The translations under genes and the position numbers were made by a program. Shown here in pieces: positions 25,229-32,000 of a stretch of 32,000 bases of DNA. Location: the NCBI GenBank assembly GCA_001023575.1, contig CP011489.1, positions 2,319,747-2,351,746 on the forward strand, given 5' to 3'. Numbering within the stretch: the stretch's first letter is position 1; every line of letters starts with the position of its first letter. Below the pieces are notes generated by a model. The model did no database searches and had not been told where the DNA came from. It saw only the letters and a list, made by a program, of their open reading frames with translations. The stretch comes from Actinobacteria bacterium IMCC26256 (GTDB lineage Bacteria; Actinomycetota; Acidimicrobiia; IMCC26256).

Positions 25229-26079
25229 TTGGCTACCTCTACGAGGCCATCCTTGATGACTAGATCACCGTCGGAGGTACGCGTCTCAAAACCGAAGACC
25301 TTCGCCCCCTCAACCTCACCGGCGGCCCAGAAGGTGCTGACGATCGTCTGCCCCGGCAAAACAGGCTTTGAGAAGCGAACCGCTAAGCGACGGAGTCGAG
25401 TTGGGTCTCCGTCAGCCACGGCCTCAATAGCGGCCCAAGAGGTAAACGCCATCGTGCATAGCCCGTGAATGATGATCCCTGGTAGCCCGACCTTGGTTGC
25501 AAAATCAACATCAAGGTGAATCGGCATGCGATCCCCTGATGCATCCGCATAGCGAAATGTTTGGTCTGTATCGATGGTCTGCTCAAAAGTCGCGACTGGA
25601 TCAGCCGCCATTGTTTCATCACTCAGCCTGTGGTCTGGAGCAACCAATCCGGCTCCCTCTCCACCGGTAATCCCACGATAGAAAGTCGTCACGTACTGCT
25701 CAACAACCAATGAGTCGTCGGCGACATCGCGAGAGTCAACGCGGACGACCACAGTTGTGCCGTTCGGCTTTACATGTACACCAATAGGTGAAGCTATTGA
25801 GCTAAGCGTCATGCCCGCTGTTACCTGACGATGGAATCGCATGTCCTGCTCTCCATGTACAACTGTCATGAGTGCATCGGCGGGTACGACGCCCATCATC
25901 GCGGTGCTCATGACTCCCCACACAGGCACGACTGCATAAACGGGGGGAGCTTGCCCGCCTGATAGATGCGCTGCAATCGGGTCGTTTGTTGCTGCTGCAT
26001 AGGCCTTGATGCTCTCAGCATCAATCTCTGAGTTAACTGCCTCACTCCACTCGCCAAGTGACTCAAGTCCGAACTGCAT
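25225..26079 (-). CDS. Double hot-dog MaoC-like (R)-specific enoyl-CoA hydratase / 3-hydroxyacyl-thioester dehydratase (HtdX/HtdY-like)
   Basis: 284 aa. Hydratase-2 motif YADASGDRMPIHLDVDFA and GIIIHGLCTMAF in the C-terminal half. The N-terminal half is a non-catalytic hot-dog. Confidence 0.85.
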   Translation of the reverse strand: MQFGLESLGEWSEAVNSEIDAESIKAYAAATNDPIAAHLSGGQAPPVYAVVPVWGVMSTAMMGVVPADALMTVVHGEQDMRFHRQVTAGMTLSSIASPIGVHVKPNGTTVVVRVDSRDVADDSLVVEQYVTTFYRGITGGEGAGLVAPDHRLSDETMAADPVATFEQTIDTDQTFRYADASGDRMPIHLDVDFATKVGLPGIIIHGLCTMAFTSWAAIEAVADGDPTRLRRLAVRFSKPVLPGQTIVSTFWAAGEVEGAKVFGFETRTSDGDLVIKDGLVEVAN

Positions 26080-26103
26080 TGCTCTCCCCTGTACCTCGTT
26101 GAA

Positions 26104-26167
26104 CCAGTATTTAAGTAAACCAGTATTTAAGTAAACCGGTATTTAAGTAAACCAGTATTTAAGTAAT
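26104..26167. repeat. 16-nt x4 AT-rich tandem repeat CCAGTATTTAAGTAAA (copy 3 CCGG..., copy 4 ends in T)
   Basis: Read directly: copies at 26104..26119, 26120..26135, 26136..26151 and 26152..26167. It fills most of the 97-bp gap between the DksA-like stop and the MaoC-like start. Confidence 0.95.
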
Positions 26168-26176
26168 AGCGCCCGT

Positions 26177-26500
26177 TTAGTGAGCCGAGTCGAACGGAGA
26201 ACCGGTTCGTTCGCCGGTGCCATAGGTGCCGTTCTCAATTCGCTCTATTGACGCTTGGATCTCGGCTAGCTCTTGTTCAAGACTCTCAAGAATGGAGAGT
26301 TCCTTCTCCCTCTCGAAGAGTGCGCTACCCGACTCCTCCTGAGGCTCCTCTCGGCCAGAAGAGGATCCATCTCCGGATGCTCCGGCCGCGAGAATCTCAT
26401 CACGAATCCCGCCGATTAGATCGCCGACCCTCACTGCGTCATCCTCTAAATGTGAACGCGCATCTTCATTATCGTCGTGGTTATTCTCGTCATTATCCAT
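26177..26500 (-). CDS. DksA/TraR-like protein lacking the C4 zinc finger (Cys-less and C-terminally short)
   Basis: The coiled-coil tail LEQELAEIQASIERIENGTYGTGERTGSPFDSAH matches L..i..AL.RI..GTYG.C..CG, but both Cys positions are G/T and the ORF stops before the second CxxC. Acidic N-terminus. Start at ATG 26500 (MDNDENN) or 26554. Confidence 0.55.
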   Translation of the reverse strand: MDNDENNHDDNEDARSHLEDDAVRVGDLIGGIRDEILAAGASGDGSSSGREEPQEESGSALFEREKELSILESLEQELAEIQASIERIENGTYGTGERTGSPFDSAH

Positions 26501-26563
26501 GTCGCGCAGGTTAGCGAGCGCGGAGCAGCGGTGCAGGGACGACGGAGCACTCAAGAGGAATGT

Positions 26564-27370
26564 TTAATTTGCCTGCGCTCGCCATCCGTTGGACTCGATG
26601 GTGATCAGCGCCGCCTCGTCGTCGGGTAATACGGCTGCAAGTTCCTCAAGCGCTCGGGCCGCCTCAATGTGGCGACCAAAGCCACCCAAAACATCGGCGC
26701 TTTGGCGAATCTCCTGCGCAGCTAAGCCAGGGATCAGGAGGCGCAGGCGCGCACTCCATATTGCCTCCGGCATCCTCCTGCGCATCGCACCTTGCTGAAT
26801 ATTGGTAAGCATGCGCAGAATAATCTCCCTAGGGCCGACAGGGGTCAAGAACGCTGGGTGCCAAGGAGCGTCAAAGCCAGCGATTGCTTGGAAGTGCTCT
26901 CGGCAATCATCCTCATCTAATTGCTTGCCTCCATTAAATGGATCAAAGAAACGCTCCGCCGAGCGGGCCTCCCTAACTAGAAAGTGGCCGGGCATTCCGA
27001 TACCCACCAGAGTTATGCCGACTCTGCGCCCGATCTCCATCATTACAACGGCAAGCGATATCGGTATTCCTAGGCGGCGTGAGAGCACGTCATTTAAAAA
27101 TGAATTCCGGGGATCGTCGTATCCGGCGCTATTGCCTATGAACTCGCCGCTTGCGAATAGGTATTGAGCAAGCCCGAGCGCATCGAACCCGTCAGCGTGG
27201 AGCATCGGGTGTGATGCGATGCGATCAAGTATTTCTATCTCGGCATCAATATCTAGCCCGGGGTAGGCATGGGCTGCGATTGCCATGGCTGCCACATCTA
27301 GGCGCATGGAGTCGCCTAATGCAATCTCCTCGATAAAGCGCAGTGTCGCCGGCGCGGCATCCCAGTCCAC
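26564..27370 (-). CDS. SirB1/YchA-like protein (transglutaminase-like N-domain plus TPR-like C-domain)
   Basis: Pattern DVAAMAIAAHAYPGLDID...YDDPRNSFLNDVLSRRLGIPISLAVVMMEIGRRVGITLVGIGMPGHFLVR...FFDPFNGG. The longest ORF (to 27598) runs antisense across the Fur gene. I prefer GTG 27370, with ATG 27307 as the alternative. Confidence 0.7.
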   Translation of the reverse strand: MDWDAAPATLRFIEEIALGDSMRLDVAAMAIAAHAYPGLDIDAEIEILDRIASHPMLHADGFDALGLAQYLFASGEFIGNSAGYDDPRNSFLNDVLSRRLGIPISLAVVMMEIGRRVGITLVGIGMPGHFLVREARSAERFFDPFNGGKQLDEDDCREHFQAIAGFDAPWHPAFLTPVGPREIILRMLTNIQQGAMRRRMPEAIWSARLRLLIPGLAAQEIRQSADVLGGFGRHIEAARALEELAAVLPDDEAALITIESNGWRAQAN

Positions 27371-27406
27371 AGGGGTAGACCGTACCCGGGCATCTACACT
27401 AAATCC

Positions 27407-27850
27407 ATGCTTACCGAACTTCGCGTCGCAGTAATTCAGAGACTTCACGGAGCGAACCAGCGAGTTACGCGTAATCGTGAGGCCTTGGTTGAGATTCTCA
27501 GCGATGCCTCTAGGCCCATGACCCTCCCGGAAATTTTGAAGGAACGCCCTACCCTCGCCCAGAGCAGCGCGTACCGCAACCTTCTCGCTCTCGAGCAAGC
27601 AAACGTTGTCCGGCGCGTAGGGGGCGTAGATGAATTTGCTCGATTCGAACTCGCCGAGGACCTAACTGAGCATCACCACCACCTGATCTGCGACCGATGT
27701 GGCGCAGTCGAGGACGTCGACGCCCCGCCGGGCTTAGAGAGTGCAGTCGATAAAGCGGTTGCAGAGATTGAGGTCTCGCACGGATTTCTAGTGCGCCATC
27801 ACCGTGTTGATTTAGTAGGTGTCTGCGCCAAGTGCGCGTCGATTAAGTAG
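27407..27850 (+). CDS. Fur-family metalloregulator, Zur-like
   Basis: 147 aa. DNA-binding region QRVTRNREALVEIL...LAQSSAYRNLLALEQANVV. Metal motifs EHHHHLICDRCG and C-terminal CAKC. Confidence 0.85.
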   Translation: MLTELRVAVIQRLHGANQRVTRNREALVEILSDASRPMTLPEILKERPTLAQSSAYRNLLALEQANVVRRVGGVDEFARFELAEDLTEHHHHLICDRCGAVEDVDAPPGLESAVDKAVAEIEVSHGFLVRHHRVDLVGVCAKCASIK

Positions 27851-27855
27851 AACCC

Positions 27856-29670
27856 CTACCGAATTGGGACGGTTGCTATAGCGCTCTTCTCAGTTATTGG
27901 ATCAACTAGCACTTTGAGTGTCATCGTCCAGTCACCAGCCACCGGCGGCGTGAACCCGACCGATGTGTAGTGCGCTATACCTGCGCTGCGCATCTCTACA
28001 TCAATAGGGGCAATATCTGCCGAGGGTAATGAGAACTCCACAGCTACATCTAGAACCTGCGCGGGGCCACCGCCGGAAGCATTGAGCGTGAGGTGCACCT
28101 CGTTAGCACCGGTACGCGCGGGGCTCACATCTACATCTGCTAGGAGTTCTCCTACCTCAAGCGTCGCAGACCAAGGCCCACTCCGCACGCTCTTAGCAGG
28201 TGCAGTGTTTACCAGTACGGCGGTGACTCCAATGACAAATATAAGTACTGAAATCTCTGCAAAAACACTACGTAGTAAGCGTCGGCGTGCCGTTAACTCA
28301 GGGAGCACATATGAGAGTGTGGAGACTCCAGTCTCGTCAGGGACCAGCGAATGGCCGCGACGCTTAGCTGGCTTCTCCCCAGCAGATATCAGCGACTCAC
28401 GCTCTTCATCGGCGGCCGCCAGCTCCTCCGAATCGAGTTCCCAACGGCGCTGCACTGCATCTCGCGCAAGGGTTGCAATGAGTAATGCAACGAGCACCAA
28501 ACCGACTTTCAGAGATAGCAGGCGCCCATATGTTGAGCCAAGAATGTCGGAGACTCCACCTAACTCGCGATAGCCCCGAGCAACTCCAGTAATGCTAACT
28601 ACGAGTACGGAGACGGTCGCTACACGTGACCAAATGGGCATCGACTCAATAGCCTCCTCGGTCTTTCCCGAGGTGGCGAGCACAACGAGGAGAACAAGCC
28701 CCCCCATCCACGCGCTCATAGCCAGAACATGGGCTGCATCGGCGAACATCGCTACCCAACTCTGAGAGCCAACTGATGCGTGGCCACCAAGACCTGGTGT
28801 GATCGCGATCCCTACCAACAGGACAATTGTTAACGGAGCCCACCAAACCTTGCGTGCAGGATTCTTTATGAGCAACATTGAGGGGAGGAGCGCCAGAACA
28901 AGCAGCATGCGGATAAAGAGAACTGTCCCGATTCGCGTAGACCAAGTATTCGACCAGAGTGACGTGTCAACAATCCCCTGTAAATTCGCTCCAGCGGCGT
29001 AACTACCCTGAAGCCCGAAAGCAACAAGGGTAAGGAATAAAAGTCCGCTCCAAGCAGTCCAGAGGAGTCTGCGCACCCTTTGATGCTCAAGTGCCCTGCG
29101 CCAGACAAAGATTGAGGCGAAGACTCCGCCTATAAGTATCGCCATCGCAAGGTAGACGAGGCCACGAACAACGGCATATGCGATATCAACACTGCGGTGA
29201 GTTGTTCCACCGGAGAGAAAATCATTCGCAATATTCTTGCCCGCGCCGCCACTTGACACCTCTCCGACTGAGAATGTGAACGCCCCGCGTACTGGATGTG
29301 CGTCGGCAGAGACAATGCGCCATGTCACAACGTAGGTTCCGTTGTCAAGCACCGGCACACGTTGACGCATTAGCCCTGGCGAGCCGGGCACGCCGGTAGC
29401 GGGAACCGTCTTTACCCTCTCTCCACTAGCGGCAATTATGCGCACCGATTCCCGGCTCACGCTGATTGGCTCGCTGAATCGAAGATCAATTCGGCTAGGA
29501 GAGTTTTTAAGTATTGTCCCTGCAGTCGGCACGGTTGACTCAAGTGCAGCGTGCGCAAATGCTGGAGCGGCACTAGCACCAACAGCAATCCCAGCGATCA
29601 TAAACATTGATGCAACGCGTCGAGAGTTCAAAAAATGGCCACGTAATCTAGGGAATCCGATTCTCGTCAC
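27856..29670 (-). CDS. Fused CopC-CopD copper resistance/uptake membrane protein with a C-terminal extracytoplasmic domain (YcnJ-like)
   Basis: 604 aa. The signal peptide ends AFA|HAALESTVPTAG (CopC N-terminal His). This is followed by ~8 TM helices of CopD type, then a C-terminal soluble beta-rich segment. Confidence 0.85.
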   Translation of the reverse strand: MTRIGFPRLRGHFLNSRRVASMFMIAGIAVGASAAPAFAHAALESTVPTAGTILKNSPSRIDLRFSEPISVSRESVRIIAASGERVKTVPATGVPGSPGLMRQRVPVLDNGTYVVTWRIVSADAHPVRGAFTFSVGEVSSGGAGKNIANDFLSGGTTHRSVDIAYAVVRGLVYLAMAILIGGVFASIFVWRRALEHQRVRRLLWTAWSGLLFLTLVAFGLQGSYAAGANLQGIVDTSLWSNTWSTRIGTVLFIRMLLVLALLPSMLLIKNPARKVWWAPLTIVLLVGIAITPGLGGHASVGSQSWVAMFADAAHVLAMSAWMGGLVLLVVLATSGKTEEAIESMPIWSRVATVSVLVVSITGVARGYRELGGVSDILGSTYGRLLSLKVGLVLVALLIATLARDAVQRRWELDSEELAAADEERESLISAGEKPAKRRGHSLVPDETGVSTLSYVLPELTARRRLLRSVFAEISVLIFVIGVTAVLVNTAPAKSVRSGPWSATLEVGELLADVDVSPARTGANEVHLTLNASGGGPAQVLDVAVEFSLPSADIAPIDVEMRSAGIAHYTSVGFTPPVAGDWTMTLKVLVDPITEKSAIATVPIR

Positions 29671-29835
29671 GGCCGAGAGTATGCCCGATCTTGAGGACTT
29701 GCGCGGGCACCAAAAGAACTCTCGGCTCAGCCCTGCACTTACCTGACAGCAATTTGAGGCAACGCTGCCCTAACTCCCTAGGAATGAGGCTTGCGAGCCG
29801 GGTCATACGCTGCCCTCAGTTATTCTTGACAGACC

Positions 29836-30933
29836 GTGAAGAAACTTGAGCAATCCACACGTGCGCCTCGACTCCGCAGCCAACGATATGCCCGGTTAAT
29901 TCTGCTTGGGTTTGTATTACTGATCTCCCCAGTGCTCTCGGCATCGCCTGCCTCAGCTCATGGCCTCGGTGGTCCTCAGCCATCAAACGTAGATGTCTCT
30001 ACGCGCGGTGCCGAACCAAAGATTTCAGGTGTATCCATTCGGATGATCAACCTCGGGTATCTCGTTGAGCTCAAGAACTCCGGGCCCAATACCGTTGTTG
30101 TCATTGGTTACGACCGCGAGCCTTACTTGAGGATTGGCCCGAGCGGGGTGGAGGTCAACCGTCGCTCTCCTGCAACTTTTCTAAATAGATCTGCAACTCC
30201 ATCTGGGAGTCTGCCTGATGGGCTCGACGCAAGAGCCACACCAATCTGGGAATCAGTATCCAAGGTGCCGACTGCACGCTGGCACGATCATCGCGCACAC
30301 TGGATGGGCAGAGGCGCGGTGCGAAATGCAGAGTGGAGCATTCCTCTCATCGTTACGAACCGCGACACCAGCAGCGAGAGTGAGGCCTCGATAGCCGGAA
30401 CCCTCGATTCGGTCGCGCCGCCTTCGACCCTTACTTGGGGGCTCATAGCAGCAGTTAGCGCAATCATTCTCGGTGTGCTTGGCCTAACGCGTCGATGGGT
30501 TGGGGTGTTGATCTGCGCATTATCTGTAATTACGGTAAGCGAGGCACTACACATCGTTGGGGCGTGGGGAGCATGGAGCGCGCCAATCCCAACTCGCTTG
30601 TTGGCAGTAGCTCCGTCGGTATGCGCTGTCACATTCTCAGTGATTGCTCTTGTGGTCTTGGTTGCTCGCCGCTCTACTCACCCCGACTCCGCTACCCCGT
30701 TCGCTCTAATCGCCGGAATCTTTATAGCAATCGCTGGCGGTCTCGCAGACTTCAACACGCTTACCCAAGCGCTGGTTCCAACAACTCTCTCGCCCCCGAT
30801 TGCACGCCTCACGGTGGCGCTTGCAATCGGAGGTGGGGTTGGGGTCGCGATCATTGCGGGGAGTCATCTCAAACCCGTTGCACTACATCCGCAGTTAAAC
30901 GAGGGCGACCCTGCTCGTTCCGTGGAAGGCTGA
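29836..30933 (+). CDS. Hypothetical membrane protein: signal peptide, ~160-aa extracytoplasmic His-containing domain, then 5 TM helices
   Basis: 365 aa, GTG start. Predicted cleavage SASPASA|HGLGG. WHDHRAHWM motif. C-terminal hydrophobic helices. Divergent from copCD across a 165-bp gap. Confidence 0.65.
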   Translation: MKKLEQSTRAPRLRSQRYARLILLGFVLLISPVLSASPASAHGLGGPQPSNVDVSTRGAEPKISGVSIRMINLGYLVELKNSGPNTVVVIGYDREPYLRIGPSGVEVNRRSPATFLNRSATPSGSLPDGLDARATPIWESVSKVPTARWHDHRAHWMGRGAVRNAEWSIPLIVTNRDTSSESEASIAGTLDSVAPPSTLTWGLIAAVSAIILGVLGLTRRWVGVLICALSVITVSEALHIVGAWGAWSAPIPTRLLAVAPSVCAVTFSVIALVVLVARRSTHPDSATPFALIAGIFIAIAGGLADFNTLTQALVPTTLSPPIARLTVALAIGGGVGVAIIAGSHLKPVALHPQLNEGDPARSVEG

Positions 30934-30937
30934 ACCT

Positions 30938-31360
30938 ATGCCAACAATCTTTACAAGAATTATCGAGGGAGAACTCCCCGGACGCTTTCTCTGGCGCGAT
31001 GACGTCTGTGTCGTATTTTTATCGATCAACCCGCTGCAGACCGGTCACGCATTAGTCGTGCCTCGCGCCGAGGTGGATCATTGGGTAGACCTATCGCCTG
31101 AGATCAACACACACCTGATGGAGGTCGCTCAGGTCATCGCAACCGCCCAGATGAAGGCATTCTCCCCGACACGCGTTGGGCTAATGATCGCTGGTCTTGA
31201 GGTTCCCCATGTGCATATTCACCTAGTCCCTATGAATGATCTGCACGATCTTGACTTCGCTAACGCCGATACCAACCCTGACGCGACACAGTTAGACGAA
31301 ACGGCGGTTCTGCTTCGCGAATCCCTGCGCGATGCCGGTGCGACGAGCGTTAGCGACTGA
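30938..31360 (+). CDS. HIT (histidine triad) family nucleotide hydrolase/transferase
   Basis: 140 aa. Triad motif VPHVHIHLVP. N-terminus PTIFTRIIEGELPGRF. Confidence 0.9.
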   Translation: MPTIFTRIIEGELPGRFLWRDDVCVVFLSINPLQTGHALVVPRAEVDHWVDLSPEINTHLMEVAQVIATAQMKAFSPTRVGLMIAGLEVPHVHIHLVPMNDLHDLDFANADTNPDATQLDETAVLLRESLRDAGATSVSD

Positions 31361-32000
31361 CACACCCGAGCGCGCGCTCAAGTTGCGCAAGATTGCGCTT
31401 CATTAAAGAGAAGTAGTCGTCCCCGCTCTTAGCAGCCTTGGGAGAGAGTCCTTCGATAGGGCTCAGGACCTCGGTGCCCACCCCAACTTCGCGAGCAAGT
31501 ACCTCCGCTACCCGCGGGGATACGAGCTCTTCAGTGAAAATGACCGTCACTCGATACTTCTTAACTAGGTCAGCAAGTTGCGCGATACGTCTGGGATTTG
31601 GATCCTCTTCCGGTGAGAATCCTGCAATCGACTCAACTCTGACTCCGTAACGCGCGCCAAGACGTTCGAAGGCATCATGCGATGTAACAATCACCCGTCG
31701 ATCACAGTTGGCCAGCCCATTAGACATCTCAATATCAAGAGCATCTAGGCGCTTGTTAGTTGCGATGGCGCGCTTCTTATAGACCTGCGACTGTAAGGGA
31801 TCAACCTTCGCAAGGGCTGCAGCGGTTGAGTTGACGACGAGCGACATCGTCTTGGGGTCGAGCCAGACATGCGGATCATTCCCTTTGATGCCAGGAGATT
31901 TGATCGCAACGAGTGTTGGTCCGCTGCGTTGGCGCGCGGCATCCTCAACCGATGGTTGGAACTCTCCACCAGTCACAACGGCAAGGTCCGCGTCTCTAAG
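31350..32000 (-). CDS. Metal (Zn/Mn) ABC transporter substrate-binding protein, ZnuA/TroA cluster-9 type; the 5' end lies beyond the right edge of the window
   Basis: Pattern DPHVWLDP, VIVTSHDAFERLGARYG, and PNPRRIAQLADLVKKYRVTVIFTEELVSPRVAEVLA. The frame stays open from 31976 to 32000 (LRDADLAVVTGGEF), so the GTG at 31976 in the ORF track is internal. Confidence 0.85.
   Translation of the reverse strand, partial: LRDADLAVVTGGEFQPSVEDAARQRSGPTLVAIKSPGIKGNDPHVWLDPKTMSLVVNSTAAALAKVDPLQSQVYKKRAIATNKRLDALDIEMSNGLANCDRRVIVTSHDAFERLGARYGVRVESIAGFSPEEDPNPRRIAQLADLVKKYRVTVIFTEELVSPRVAEVLAREVGVGTEVLSPIEGLSPKAAKSGDDYFSLMKRNLAQLERALGCVSR

Noticed and set aside
25225-25240. Programmed -1 frameshift fusing the MaoC-like dehydratase to the MoaD-like ORF
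   Set aside because: There is no X XXY YYZ slippery heptamer around GTA GCC AAC TGA and no obvious downstream stimulatory structure. Reinitiation at the overlapping CTG is the simpler reading, though it is unproven.
26104-26167. Possible CRISPR array
   Set aside because: The repeats are directly abutting 16-mers with no spacers, they are too short, and there are no cas genes in the window.
27371-27406. GTAGA...TCTAC inverted repeat between the SirB1-like and Fur-family starts as a Fur/Zur operator
   Set aside because: The arms are only 5 bp and the inner CCCGGG palindrome is off-centre. It has no resemblance to known Fur or Zur boxes.
31534-31550. Zur-box-like sequence GTGAAAATGACCGTCAC (12 of 15 matches to TGAAAATGATTTTCA)
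   Set aside because: It lies inside the ZnuA-like coding region (VTVIFTEE), far from any promoter. The central mismatches break the palindrome, so it is probably chance.

Overview
This is a mid/high-GC actinobacterial chromosomal segment. It is almost fully coding and mostly transcribed on the minus strand. From left to right it holds: a 3'-truncated DUF222/HNH gene; a possible tandem-TetR regulator; a translationally coupled sulfatase pair; the tetrapyrrole operon (sirC-like, hemA, hemC, cobA-hemD fusion, hemB, hemL); a membrane protein; an acyl-CoA synthetase; modABC; a secreted CAP-domain protein; a DUF62 SAM-hydrolase-like gene; an excisionase-type HTH gene; a conserved hypothetical; proC; a YbjN-like gene; mshA (mycothiol, an Actinomycetota marker); an XRE regulator; an RsiG-like protein; a MaoC double hot-dog dehydratase; a DksA/TraR-like protein; a SirB1-like protein; a Zur-like Fur regulator; CopC-CopD; a His-rich membrane protein; a HIT protein; and a 5'-truncated ZnuA-like binding protein. 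From memory, the gene order resembles the M. tuberculosis Rv0486-Rv0524 neighbourhood. I saw no rRNA, tRNA, CRISPR array or transposase. I could not support a clear multi-gene novel system. The observations most worth follow-up are: (1) the best modA start is 1 nt out of frame at a G4T4 tract and sits just downstream of a perfect 20-bp palindrome; (2) an unlisted MoaD-like ORF with no canonical start codon, only a CTG overlapping the upstream stop; (3) an RsiG-like protein with two near-canonical c-di-GMP-binding motifs in an operon with XRE and mshA; (4) an MBL-type sulfatase homologue with a degenerate HxHxDH motif, coupled to a Cys-type arylsulfatase; (5) a 28-codon hydrophobic ORF coupled by ATGA to the DUF62 gene; (6) several short perfect tandem repeats at gene boundaries. 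All protein-family calls come from motif recognition by eye, with no database search.
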